DNA of 64,000 nt, taken from Octopus vulgaris. Its lineage: Eukaryota. The notes below the pieces were generated by a model. It worked only from the letters and a program-made list of their open reading frames with translations. It had not been told where the DNA came from and searched no databases. Shown here one piece after another: positions 40,720 through 54,887 of this stretch. Location: the NCBI GenBank assembly GCA_951406725.2, contig OX597817.1, positions 147,746,001 to 147,810,000 on the forward strand, in the 5' to 3' direction. Position numbers and translations under genes: made by a program. Position 1 is the stretch's first letter. The number at the start of each line of letters is the position of its first letter.

Positions 40720-42440
40720 ACACCACCACCACCACCACCACCACCGCCACCATCACTACCACCACCACCTACAACAACAAAAGTAGTAACAACACTGCCA
40801 GTGCACTGGCAGTATTACCACTGCCATCATCACCACTACCATCATCATCATCAACACAATCACTCCCACCAGCATCACCCGCCGCCGCCGCCGCTGCCAC
40901 AACCACCACCACACTACCACAACCCTACCACCACCCGACACCGCCATCATCATCATCATTGTCAACACCTTCGATAACAACAACAGAAAGGTGATCACCG
41001 CCTTACGACATCACCACCACCACCACCACCATCACCACCACCAGCAGCAACCATAGTAATAACAACACAGACGCCACCACCACGGATAAACACAACGCAG
41101 ACACCACCGCCATTACCACCACCACCAACACCACCACCACAATCAACAACAACAAACACAACAACAATAATAAAGAAAAAAACAACACCAGTGTCACTGT
41201 GAATTCCTCCAATTTTACCGTCGCTCAATATCAACAATAAGCAGATACCACCACCACCACCACCACCACCACCACCACCACCACCACCACCACCACCACC
41301 ACCACAACCATCATCATCATCAACATCAAAACCACCACCACAACCACCACAATCACGATCATCATCACCATCGTCATCATCATCACCACTATTACCATCA
41401 TCATCCCCATCACAATCATCACCTATACCACCACCATATCATCACAACCACAACCACCATCATCATTACCATCGTCATCATCATCACCACTACAACCACC
41501 ACCACCACTACCACCATCATCTCCACAACCACACTCACGCCACCACCACCACACTCACGCCACCACCACCACACTCACGCCACCACCACCACACTCACGC
41601 CACCACCGCCGCCACCAGCACCAGCACCACCAGCACCACCAGCACAAGCTTCACCACCAGCACCACCACACAACCACCGCCAATACCACCGCCACCACTG
41701 CCACTACTGTCACTACCACCACCGCCTGCGTGTCTACTATCACCCGCACCACAAACAAACACTACAACTAGCACCAACACCACCATTACGATCGCCACTA
41801 ATTATAATAGCATTTGTGGTCCCTGGGCTTGATCTGTTAGAAACAATAGTCAAATTTCCCTTAAATGACACCTCACCGTCTTTTGGGATAAAGCGTTACC
41901 TGTGAAACAAAGCAAAACAATTAACGAAGACAGGATGGTCGGAGGTGGAATGTCTTCGACCATAAGTCAACTCAATTCAGGAATGATTTGAAGCTAATCT
42001 CACCTCACCCACCACCAACATTAACCTCCCCATCGCCAGCACCACCCCGTCGACCATCAGCACCACCACCGTCACCATCAGCACAACCACCGCACCAAAA
42101 TTATCACTACCACCACCACCACGGAGAACTCCCTCCACCACCACCATCACCACCGACAACAACACCCCACCGAAAACACCCCACCCCACCACTAGCACCA
42201 CTGCCACCACCACCAAAACCACACTGCAATCACCACCACCACTACCACCACCATCACCACCACTACCATCCCCACCACTATGACCACCACGAAAACCGTC
42301 ACCACCATCATTATCAACACCCCATCCCCATCATCATCATCACCACCACCACCAAAATTATCGCCACACCAAAACCCCTACTGCCACCACCACCACCACC
42401 TCCACCACCACCTACCCTACCACCACCACCGTTACCATTC
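40720..42440 (+). repeat. Degenerate (CAC/CAT/CAA)n triplet field including a 20-bp tandem x4 at about 41528-41607
   Basis: Direct reading; a similar field lies at 44410-45160. Confidence 0.9.
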
Positions 42441-43097
42441 TTTCATTGCAGTGTGGGCTTCAGTAAATCTTCATCTTTGCATGCAATCGACCAAATCACA
42501 CGCACTTGTACACACTCCCGGGCACGAGCATCGCTGCTCCGGTAAATAGACACTCGCCAACACGCACACACACACACACACAAACCGATAGTCGCGTACT
42601 GACAATACACACACACACACTTTGTATGTATGCATTACGTGAGCATGTATGTATGTATGTATGTATGTATGTATGTATGTATGTATTTATGTTTGTATGT
42701 ATGTATGCATGTATGTATGTATGCATGTATGTATGCATGTATGTATGTATGTATGTATATATGTATGTATGTATGTGTGTATGCATGTATATATGTATGC
42801 ATGTATATGTATGTATGCATGTATGTATGTATATATGTATGTATGTGTGCATTATGTATGTATGCATGCATGTACGTTTGTGTGTATGTGTGCATATATA
42901 TCTATGCATATAGGTATGTGTGCATATCTACATGTGTGTCTGTATATACATATAGATGTGTTGATAAATATTGATATGTATACACACATACACACAAATG
43001 AATATGTATAAGCGCACGCATACACACATGCATTCAATATTACACATCTACATTGTGCATACTTTACATTAACATGTGTATGTGTGATTGAGTGTGT

Positions 43098-43132
<35 letters not shown>

Positions 43133-43354
43133 TATATATATGTATACATATAAACATATGCGTGTGTGTATATACAGATAGATAGATATGTATATGTACG
43201 TATATATAATGTATCAATATACATATGCACACGTATACAAGCACACGCAAACACACACAGACACACATACACACACACTCACAAGACACATTCACATTTA
43301 ATCCCATATATATATACACATACATACATACATACATACATACATACATACATG

Positions 43355-43863
<509 letters not shown>

Positions 43864-43917
43864 TATATATATATTGAATTAAATATGTCTTGTGAGTGTG
43901 TGAATGAGAAGTGGGTG

Positions 43918-43989
<72 letters not shown>

Positions 43990-44416
43990 TTTAAATCCTC
44001 AAAAATGAGGTTGATGTCGGCTGCCTTCAAGCGACTCGCTAAGGCGAAATTATGAGTTAAACACCAGCGGCCGATACACACCCGACGTATACACACGACA
44101 TCCGATATGTACCCGAATGCGACATGCACCCTTCACCCGACACACGACACGTGCACCGCCCAACACCACGCATCCGATTTTTGAAACCACCCGGGCGCTT
44201 TTTTCTTCTGCTTTTTTTATTTTTTGTTTTTGTTTCCGTTTTGTTTTATAACCAAATAGCTTTATGTCACATTGCCAAATACCGCGCACGCGTGGGACAA
44301 TGTCCCACCCGCCTTTTTCTCCTATGCCACGCGACGACACCAACGTGTTCGGTGTAAAGCTACCCGTTATCAACCCGGTCACCTCTGTCAGTGACGACGT
44401 CACCACCAGCGTCAAG

Positions 44417-44476
<60 letters not shown>

Positions 44477-45029
44477 ATGCGGCTACTACTACCAATACCA
44501 CTACTGCTGCTGCTGCTGCTGCCGCTGCTGACCCTGTTGTTGTTGCTGCTGCTGCTGTCAACTACAGCAGTTATCGGTGTAACCAATACATATTAATACC
44601 ACCGGCAGACTCACCACCACCACCACCACCACCACCACAACCACCACCACTAAATCATTAGTACTAGGCTTACAATCATTATAATTATCATTATAATTAT
44701 CATCATCATCATCATCGTCATCATTATCATCATCATCTTCATCACCGCCGTCATCATCTTTCGCGTCATCATCATTATCGTCGTTCTCACCGCATCAACG
44801 TCGCTACCACTACAGCCCTCTTCCTCCTTCTTCCCCTCCTCATCATCATAATCATCACCGTCATCATCGTCATCATCGTCGTCGGTCAACCTCTTCTTTG
44901 TCTTCCCTTACACCCCATCATCACCATCAACATCATCATCAACACAACCGTCATCATTGCTTTGACAACCACCTTTACCCACCACCACCACCACCACCAC
45001 CGTACATCGATCATCACCACCACGTCGTT

Positions 45030-45079
<50 letters not shown>

Positions 45080-45240
45080 TATCGCAATCATTGTCATCGT
45101 CGTTATCATCATCATCATCATTATCGCAATCATTGTCATCGTCGTGATCATCATCATCATCACCGATCGAGCATCCCAAAGCACCAACGACAAAGCTATA
45201 CCGCCGATCACAACGTCCTCCCATCACTCTCTAGTTTTGC

Positions 45241-45400
45241 GGCCGGCCAATATGTGTACTAGTGACGTCAGAACCAAGCCAACAGTCGACGCTCGCAGAC
45301 ACACACACACACACACATACATACACACACACATACACATACACGCACACATACGCATACACAGACTCACGCATACCATAGGGAGTTGGGTGACTCACGT
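45241..45400. promoter_or_regulatory. Candidate cis-regulatory motif cluster (CCAAT 45247, CRE TGACGTCA 45263-45270, AP-1 TGACTCA 45391-45397)
   Basis: Exact consensus matches in non-TE sequence; function unproven. Confidence 0.25.
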
Positions 45401-45704
45401 CCCGCTTGTAATTTATTCATCGCAAACTCTCTCCTCTATTTCCTCTCATACGCACACACGCACACACACACACACACGTACTTACATGTGGACAATCATA
45501 CACAAACACGCACTCACACACACACACACGTACAGACACACTCGTATACCCACCTATACACACTTGCACGCTCTCATAACACGCAAGTATGCACGTGTAC
45601 ACATATTTTTCTTTGTATCCTGTCCTCTGGCGCACACAAAATGACAGACACACACGCATCCTGATTCATACGCATACACACACACTCACACACACATATA
45701 TCTT

Positions 45705-46088
45705 TACTCTTTTACTTGTTTCAGTCATTTGACTGCGACCATGCTGGAGCACCGCCTTTAGTCGAGCAAATCGACCCCAGGACTTATTCTTTGTAAGCCT
45801 AGTATTTAATCTATCGTTCTGCTAAGTTACGGTGACGTAAACATACCAGCATCGGTTGTCAAGCAATGTTTTGGGGGACAAACACAGACACACAAACATA
45901 TACACACATACACATATATGTACATATATACGACGGGCTTCTTTCAGTTTCCGCCTACCAAATCCACTCAGAAGGCTTTGGTCGGCCCGAGGCTATAGTA
46001 GAAGACACTTGCCCAAGGTGCCACTCAGTGGGTCTGAACCCGGAACCATGTGGTTGGTAAGCAAGCTACCTAACACACAGCCACACCT
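45705..46088 (-). mobile_element. SINE family A, full length
   Basis: Reverse complement of 25879-26267. Confidence 0.85.
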
Positions 46089-46315
46089 GCGCATATTTAT
46101 ACGCATACACACGCACATGTATAAATGCACTCATAAATTCTCCCTCATCCCCCTCTCTCTCTCTCTCTCTGATTGTCGTTCACTGACTCTCCCTCCCTCT
46201 CTCTTATTCTCTCTTTCTCTCCGATTCGATTCTCTTCTTCATGTTTATTGTCCCTTTCAACGTGACAACCACGTTAATTTTAACATACCTATATCTACAT
46301 ATACATGCAGCATAC

Positions 46316-46356
<41 letters not shown>

Positions 46357-47024
46357 CACGTATACACACACACATACACACACATACATACATATATACT
46401 GACAGACTCATGCACGTACAAACTCATTCATGTATCCACGTGCGATATCACACGCATCCATAAGTCAACGTGCGAATACAAACATATATGTACACACACA
46501 CATATACACACGCACTCACACATACCCAGAGACATACATACAAATACACGCTCATGCACAAATAAACAGATTTATATATCAATGTGCGATCCTATACGCG
46601 TCTATAAGTCAACGTGTGCAAATACACACACACATATATACACACACATACACAGACACGCTCATGCACGCGCAAACACACTCATGCATCGACGTGCGAT
46701 GTCACTGGCATTGATAGGTCAACGTACAAATACACACATATATGTTTAAATATCCAAATATACATATACACACAAGCTATATGGATATACATAGAGACGA
46801 ACCCATATACAAGTTAGTACAATTAACACACACTAACACACATACGCCCCCCCCCACAACACACTCTCTCACGCATGCACACACCCACACACAAACACAC
46901 ACGCACACGAATACAGCACATTCACAAACAGAAACAGACGGTTGTCTTCCGTCCCGTTCCAATTGAAAATCACGTATACGCGCTTCCATTGATGCTACCT
47001 ACGTATATATTCATATACACACAA

Positions 47025-47081
<57 letters not shown>

Positions 47082-47436
47082 CATACACACATATGCACAT
47101 ATAAGCACACAAATTATTTTCCAAACATATACATTATAACGAATACACATGATTTCACTTACATACACGATACATATGTACCCATATACATCAAATACGC
47201 ACTATTTAACCGAGGGAAATGCATATTTATGCCGACAATCAGATCTACACACATACAAATTCACTTACAAACATTCACAAACTTACGTACACAACAAAAT
47301 AGTTGCAAGTATGGCGATGTGGCTTCAGGTTCATTCTCACTGTGTGGTACCTGGAGCGAGTGCCTTTACTACAACCCCGGTTCGACCAGAACCATGCGAA
47401 TTAGTTTGGTAGGCGGAAAGCAGTTGGAAGTCCGTC

Positions 47437-47521
<85 letters not shown>

Positions 47522-47550
47522 TGTGTGTGTGCGCGCGCGCGTCTGTGTGT

Positions 47551-47598
<48 letters not shown>

Positions 47599-47821
47599 TT
47601 ATAATAGAAATATTAAAATTACTAAGTCTCTCTAAGTGAGATTACGGCAGCGTTACTGGATATTAATAGTTATCGCCAAACTAATATGGTAGTCTATAAA
47701 TATAAGACTAAAGGTGTCGCTGAATAGCTTCAAGAGGCCATCGCCTCTAGCTAGCTATATGACACACGAACCTGCGTTCATTATAACCTTCGAACAGCCG
47801 CTTCACTTTGCTGGTCAGACA

Positions 47822-47864
47822 TCTGCAGACATGTTTCAGGGTAGTTGCCCTTTATCAATGCAGA
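47822..47864 (-). ncRNA. Minimal hammerhead motif with U3:A8 covariant core, inside a probable pseudo-LTR (about 47600-47940)
   Basis: Minus strand: tctgca-TTGATAA-aggg-caacta-ccct-GAAA-catg-TC-tgcaga; perfect stems I and II, palindromic stem III acatgt. Confidence 0.7.
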
Positions 47865-48356
47865 GTAGTCAGACCCAGCAGGTGTCGCTACCGACCGTCT
47901 GTTCGAAGATTTTATTTACCTAATTAACTCTCCCGTCTTTAGACGATGTATGAGGGTTCGACAATTTCTTACTGAACAATCATACAGAGGATTTGTTTAT
48001 AGTGATCAAATGTTTGTGTAGACGTAAGCTGGCTGCCTCCATCAAATCGACATTACCTGTACAGGTGCAACGGAGTACCACATATCACACGAAATGATCG
48101 CAGAGCAACGTGAAACGAAGTGCTTTGTTCACGAGGGCAACGGAACGCCCGTTCTGGGAATCGAACCCACGATCTCGCAATTGTGTGAGCAGCACCTTAA
48201 CCACCGAGCCATTTATGTATATACAGGGCTTTGAAAAACAGAAAGACGCTGCAGTAAGTGTATGAATCTGAGGAGAGGTATATGTTTACTAAAGTCATGA
48301 TTAACTGATCCGAATTTATTTTCTTTTACCCAAAGTCAGAAACTCTTCAGCACCGC

Positions 48357-48408
<52 letters not shown>

Positions 48409-48432
48409 GTCTATCTATCAACTCTCTCTCTC

Positions 48433-48520
<88 letters not shown>

Positions 48521-48524
48521 TAGT

Positions 48525-48902
48525 GGAGGCGCAACGGCCCAGTGGTTAGGGCAGCGGACTCGTGGTTGTAGGATGGCGGTTTCGATTCCCAGACCAGGTG
48601 TTGGGAGTGTTTATCGAGCGAAAACACCTAAAGCTCCACAAGGCTCCGGCAGGGGGTAGTGGCGAACCCTACAGTACTCTTTCACCACAACTTTCTCTCA
48701 CTCTTTCTTCCTGTTTCTCTTGTACCTGTATTTCAAAGAGCCAGCCATGTCACACTCTGTGTCACGCTGAATCTCTCCTAGAACTACGTTAAGGATACAA
48801 GTGTCTGTGGCGTGCTCAGCGACTTACACGTTAATTTCACGAGCAGGCTGTTCCGTTGATCGGATCAACTGGAACCCTCATCGTCATAACCGACGGAGTG
48901 CC
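48525..48902 (+). mobile_element. tRNA-derived SINE family C, full length
   Basis: Head ggaggcgcaacggcccagtggttagg..ggtttcgattccc; sister copy on the minus strand at 61258-61622. Confidence 0.85.
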
Positions 48903-49120
48903 ACGATCTATGTATGTATGTATGTATGTATGTATGTATGTATGTATGTATGTATGTATGTATGTATGTATGTATGTATTTATGTATGTATGTATGTATG
49001 TATGTATGTATGTATGTATGTATGTATGTATGTATGTATGTATGTATGTATGCATGTATGTATGTATGTATGTATGTATGTATGTATGTATGTATGTATG
49101 TATGTATAAATTTAAAATAA

Positions 49121-49455
49121 TAAGAGTGAAAATTGAATATTAATATTAATTTAAAACCAGTGGTCTAGCATACTGAAAAATCTGAAGATTCAGAAAATTT
49201 ATATTGCATACATATAAGAGTCAGAAAATATATATTACATACATATAAGGGGGATGACCACTAAGTGGACATCCATTATGCTAGAAGTAGACCCCCTATG
49301 TTCTTACCACTAAGAAAGGATTGTTCTGAGGAAAATTTTTTGGCGTTAGCTAAATTTTCTTGAGAACAATTCTTTCTTAGTGTTAAGACCATAGGGGGTC
49401 TACTACAAGCATTATGGATGTCCACTTAGTGGTCATTCCCCTTATATATGTATAT
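49121..49455. mobile_element. Fold-back pseudo-LTR relic (arms about 49237-49338 / 49352-49452)
   Basis: About 100-bp imperfect inverted repeat; left part homologous to 5416-5610. Confidence 0.75.
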
Positions 49456-49646
49456 ATTGTGTTTATTGTGTTTACAGATAGATGTCCGACCACTAGACGT
49501 ATATTGTCACAACCGAATCTGTTTTTTATGAAGCTTCTAAACCGAGAAGTATGACTAGTTATGGAATAAGGACGAATAGGAGAATTAAGGATAAACACAA
49601 GTTTATTATAATTCATTGTTGTATGTAAAGCGTTTCTCTGATTGTA

Positions 49647-50211
49647 CTGGGTTGTCCGGAAAGTTCGTGCCGGTTTATAACAGCTTAACTTTTGACTTAT
49701 CTTAGAACATGGTCGAGTCCATAAAATAGGATTTTACTACACCTCCATTTAGAGCACAGTTGAAGCTATCTTTTCGTTGAAGAAGATTTATATTCCTATA
49801 AACTGTGTTAATTCTGTAACCCTTTAAAATGGAAGATAAGAAAGTTCATTTTCGGCACTTGATGCTTTGGGAACCAGACAAAAGTTGCTGCAGCTCGGCT
49901 GGGTTGTGTTACCCCACCCTCCATATTCACCAGATATTGCTCCTTCGGATTTCCACTTATTCAGGTCTCTGCAAAATAGTCTTAAGGGTAAAAATTTCAA
50001 TTCCTTGGATGACGTAAAACGATACCTTGGTGAATTCTTTGCCATAAAACCACCTCAAATCTGGGAAGAGGGTATTTTAAAGTCAAGGGAAAGCTGGAGA
50101 CACATTGTGCAACTAAATGGTTCATATTTGATTGATTAAAATGTAATGGCAAGTATTTATTGACCTTTCTCTTTCCTTTAAAAATCGGCACGAACTTTCC
50201 GGACAACCCAA
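49647..50211 (+). mobile_element. Internally deleted mariner with intact about 30-bp TIRs and TA duplication
   Basis: TA|ctgggttgtccggaaagttcgtgccg ... cggcacgaactttccggacaacccaa|TA; the N-terminus MEDKKVHFRHLML is joined to the C-terminus LPHPPYSPDIAPSDFHLFRSL. Confidence 0.92.
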
Positions 50212-50467
50212 TATTTCCCGTTGTATTTGTGTATCTGAACACAATTGAATGATCCATTTCACGGCTCCAAACAACCATTATGGTGAAACACTCACAGGAG
50301 TTAAAATATGAACGTGTGTTTATCCATATTTCTCATACAAATGTATGGATGTGTGTTGGCATCTGTGTGTCTTTATGTCTCTTTGTGATTGTTTCCCCGC
50401 ACTATAGCCTGAAGCCCGGTGTTAGTTCGGCAAAAGAGACAATAAAGCAAGTACCGTATTTAAAATA

Positions 50468-51998
50468 CGAAGCTGGGCAGAGGAGTCCGTAGGCCGACTA
50501 TGCAGGAGTAATGTTAGAGTTACGAAATCTCGCATGCTTTAATTTCAACTCTTATTATTAATAACTGTATTTTTTCTTCCCAGGTAAAATCTAACTGTTC
50601 AAAGAAGACTTCAAATGTAACTAGTAGCACTTCTCTTGAAAATCATCAGCATTTGATATCGTAGTGTTATCAAATATCAGCAGAAAAATGGTTTGTTTCC
50701 CAAGGACATTCATGCTGACATTGTTGCAACATCAGGCGATGATGTACCAGCTTCATCAACGGTGCAAAAGTAATAAAAAATAAACGCGCCCTTTTAACTC
50801 CTAGTCAGGCTCATGGACCCGGTTTCCCGCTTTCTATGGCGTATGTGTTCCCCAGTTGGACGGGATGCCAGTCCATCCCAGCGTTACTCATTTTTGCCAG
50901 CTGAGTGGACTGGAGCAACGTGAAATGAAGTGTTTTGCTCAAGACCACAGCGCGTCGACCTGTCCAGGAATCGAAACCACAATCTTACGATCATGATGCT
51001 GAGACTCTAACCACTAAGCCAGGCACCTCCACTCTGTGCAAAAGTAGGAAGCTGAATTTAAGAGGAGAGGAGAGAGTCTTGAATATGACCCAAGGTTTGG
51101 ATTACTGTATCTAAGAAAACATTAATCGTGTTCCTTTCATGATGATGGATCGCAGGTGATTGACTACAAATGAAATTGCCAATGCTCTTAGTACTACCCG
51201 AGAAAGAGTTGAGAATATTCTGCAGAAGGAACTTGTCATGGGGAAGGTTTCTACTCGGTAGGCACCACGTTTTCTGACACCTAATCAGGCTGATCACATC
51301 ACGGGAAAATTCGACATTGATAGAGATCAAGTTGGTTTCTTTGAATGTTTTCCAAACTAGGATGAGTATTGGGTTCATCAATTTGAGCCAGAGACAAAGA
51401 GACAATCCATGTAGCGGAAGCACCCCTCCTCACATGCTACAAAGAAGGCTAAGTTAGTTTCATTTGTAGGGAAGTTGATTGCCTCAGTTTTTGGAGGAGG
51501 AAGATGGCACTGTGTTTGTTGAATATCTTCAAAAGGGCCACGCTATCAATGAAGAGTATTACGCCAGCTTGCTGAGGCAGTTATGAAAAGCTGTCAAGGA
51601 CAAGCATCTAGGAAAACTAACAAAAGGGGCCTTTCATGGGGATAATACACCAGCACAAAAGTCATTCATGTCAATGGCTGGTGTGCATAACTGTGATTTT
51701 GAACTGGTTGACCACAATTCTTTTTCTCCTGATTTGGCCCTGTCTGACTATCATCTGTTCCCCAAATGAAATAAAACCCACTTGTTTGGGAACCAGTAAC
51801 AGAGTGAAGATGACGTTATATTTGCTGCTGATCACTTTTTGATCAACAGAATGAAAGCTTCTTCACCAATGAAATCCAAGCACTGCAACACCAATGGGAA
51901 GTGTGGACCGCAAGGGAAGCTGCGTTGGAAAATAAACCTCATTTGAATATATTCCATGAGCATCTTCGTCATACAATGAACTTTACAGACGACCCTCG
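50468..51998 (+). mobile_element. Degenerate near-full-length mariner interrupted by a SINE
   Basis: VFVEYLQKGHAINEEYYASLLRQL, FHGDNTPA, FSPDLALSDYHLFP; right end gacgaccctcg|TA; left TIR highly decayed, so the start is uncertain. Confidence 0.75.
50773..51035 (-). mobile_element. tRNA-derived SINE family D with an 11-bp target-site duplication
   Basis: TSD gtgcaaaagta at 50762-50772 and 51036-51046; head tggcttagtggttag..ggtttcgattcc; related heads at about 48100-48212 and 54980-55120. Confidence 0.85.
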
Positions 51999-52819
51999 TA
52001 TAGTACTCATGTCGAGTTGTTTGACTAATCAATTCAAAGAGGTGCCCCAGCATGACTGCAGTCCGAGACTGAAACAAATAAGAAATAAAAGAAAATTGCC
52101 TTACATACACAGATACATAAATTCAAGTATCTACACGCAAACACACCGGGTTGTTTTATTTTTGTAGTTCTTTCATTATTTTTGGTTTCTTCTTTTAGTT
52201 TCCAAGCAAGCAGCAGACGGTTTGCCTCTCTGTCCCCACATGGCTTGACTCAGTTCACTTCCATCACATATGATGCAAATATGAAGCCTGTACGCAGCCA
52301 CACAATCTGCTAAAAATATTAACCAAATCATCCAGTGAAGCAAATCATTCTGTTTCAAAGCGCACACATTGCAATAAGTCCAAGAAACTTTTTTGTTCAC
52401 GAAACCGAGAACCCAAAAGACCAGTAATCCGGATTCCATGTTATATAAGTGGCTGAGATCACATTATTATCACGAATAGGAAGCAAATTTTAAGGTGAGC
52501 AATTTTTGAGTCAATTGTATCGACCCCAGAACTTGATTGGTGCTTTATTCTATCGGCTCTAGAGGGATGAAAAGTAAAGTTGAACTAAGAGGAACTTGAA
52601 CTCTAAACGTATAGAGCCGGAAGGAATGCCGTTAAGCATTTTGCTTGACGTGCTATCGACTCTGCCAAATCGCCAGTTAATCCAAGATACGTTATATCTA
52701 AAAATATAACAGGATGATCATATCTGGAACGCTGTGGTTCTGACCGAATGAAGGAGCTTCTCCATGTTTGCCTGACATGATAAAAATGGTAGTTAAATAT
52801 TTATCGCATCACATATTAA

Positions 52820-53042
52820 CCGTTTTTGTTACCATATTTCTGTTGAGATGCTTTGTGTTTCTTTCCTTTAATTTTAAACATAACAAAGAATTTAGTAAAA
52901 TAACTTAATTATAGTTAAACTAGAGTTAGGAACATAAATTGTAACGAAGGTTTGGTGGAAGATTTTAATTCAGAACTTTTGGAAACAAGACATTTATACT
53001 ATAGAGCCTGAGGCGGTTTCAGCCAGGTTGGTAACGAAAGAA
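52820..53042 (+). mobile_element. piggyBac-type MITE, copy 1
   Basis: TTAA|ccgtttttgttacca ... tggtaacgaaagaa|TTAA. Confidence 0.7.
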
Positions 53043-53062
53043 TTAAATTAATCATTTGTTAA

Positions 53063-53271
53063 CCCTTTTGTTGCCATATTTCTGTGTTTCTTTCAATTAC
53101 TTTAAATATAACAAAGAAATTTAGTAAAATAACTTAGTTATCATTAAGCTGGTGTTAGGAACATAAATTGTGACTAAGGTTTGGTGGAAGATTTTAATTC
53201 AAGACTAATGAAAACAAAACATTGGTACTACAGAGCCAGAGGCAGTTTCATGTGGGTTGGCATCGAAAGGG
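53063..53271 (+). mobile_element. piggyBac-type MITE, copy 2
   Basis: TTAA|cccttttgttgcca ... tggcatcgaaaggg|TTGA; interior homologous to copy 1. Confidence 0.75.
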
Positions 53272-53530
53272 TTGAAGTCTCAAAAAGAAAGGTAAGTTAC
53301 GAGTTTGGAATTTTGCGTTAGATATATGTAAATCTGCAATAGTCACAGTTGGGACGTATTTGATCAGGAGTTACTCAGAACAATAACATCAAGAACCACC
53401 GATGCATCTAATTTCAATGAAGATTGGTTCGGCCCAGTTAGCCAACCTCTCAAGCATAATCTTTTGTTCTAAACTTACCACAGAGTGAAAACTGAATACA
53501 GGATTTTTAAATATTGAGAACTTTTATAGC

Positions 53531-54072
53531 TATGTATGTATGTATGTATGTATGTATGTATGTATGTATGTATGTATGTACGTATGTATGTAAGTTTGTA
53601 TGTACGTATGTACGTATGTCTGTCTGTCTGTATGTATGTATGTACGTACGTATGTCTGTCTGTCTGTATGTATGTATGTTTGCATGTATGTATGTATGTA
53701 TGTATGTATGTATGTATGTATGAATGTATGTATGTATGTATGTTTGTATGTATTTATGTATGTGTGTGTATGTTTGTATGTGTGTGTGTTTGTATGTATG
53801 TATGTACGTATGTCTGTATGTATGTATGTAGGTATGTATGTATGAATGTATGTATGTATGTCTGTCTGTCTGTCTGTCTGTATGTATGTATGTATGTATG
53901 AATGTATGTATGTATGTATGTCTGTATGTATGTATGTATTTATGTATGTATGTATGTATGTTTGTATGTATGTATGTATGTGTGTGTATGTTTGTATGTA
54001 TGTGTGTTTGTATGTATGTATGTATGTATGTATGTAAGTTTGTATGTATGTATGTAAGTTTGTATGTATGTA

Positions 54073-54115
<43 letters not shown>

Positions 54116-54240
54116 ATGTATGTATGTATGTATGTATGTAAGTTTGTATGTATGTATGTAAGTTTGTATGTATGTATGTATGTATGTATGTATGTATGTA
54201 TGTATGTTTGTATGTATGTATGTACGTATGTATGTTTGCA
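53531..54240. repeat. Long compound (TATG)n/(TCTG)n microsatellite
   Basis: Direct reading. Confidence 0.95.
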
Positions 54241-54723
54241 TTTTGCTGTCTGTCCCCTTATATATATATATGTATATGTGTATATGCATGCATGTGTGGG
54301 TGCGTGTGTTCGTATGTATGTGTGTGCGTATGTATGTGTGTTCGTGCGTGTGTCTATGTGTGCGCGCGCGTGTGCATGCGTGCGCGTACGTTGTGTATTA
54401 ACGTTGCGTTTACGAAGAAAGAGCGGTTCTTTTGAAAAGACAAAAAGAAACAAAAGCTATTCAGCAAGTATGAAACTGCATTAGTCGTTGCCGCATTTCT
54501 TGCTTACACGTGTTTCATACACATAACACCGAAGACATGCAAATATCAATCACGTGGACACCGTATATGATAGATGAAGGATTTCCCTTTTGTTTTTGCT
54601 TTTTTTCCTATCAACAAAATATTGTAAAAACCTCGAACTCTCTTTTTCAGCTAAATGTCAGAATGGCAGATTCCAGTTGTTAACCGTATATATATCGCAA
54701 TCTTGTATTATCTTAAAATTAGC

Positions 54724-54887
54724 TTAGCCGTCACTCGCAAGCGAGTATGATTTGATAACTTGTGTCATGGTTTCGTTTCTTTCTTTTAGATACCAATGTA
54801 GTCGTGAGATGACAATTTCTTGGCTCTCTGAACCTTGATCCCCACAATCCAGCGGATCGTCATGGATGAAACAGCTGGAAGAGAGAC
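54724..54887 (-). other. Candidate exon (strong acceptor), unknown product
   Basis: Minus-strand polypyrimidine ...ctctctcattctttctgcag| then open frame LSSSCFIHDDPLDCGDQGSESQEIVISRLH...; donor uncertain. Confidence 0.2.

Noticed and set aside
41988-42545. Pro/His-rich ORF resembling an extensin or formin
   Set aside because: Derived from degenerate (CAC)n; open in several frames on both strands; no splice or homology support.
48525-48600. tRNA gene-like sequence
   Set aside because: It is the head of SINE family C, continuing into a body shared with 61258-61622; no complete cloverleaf.
53507-54453. Long ORFs of 260-307 aa (HTYI/MYVC repeats) and many similar YIYI, HTHT, CVCV, LSIY and poly-I ORFs across the window
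   Set aside because: They are translations of (TATG)n, (TA)n, (CA)n, (TATC)n and (TAA)n microsatellites that lack stop codons in some frames.
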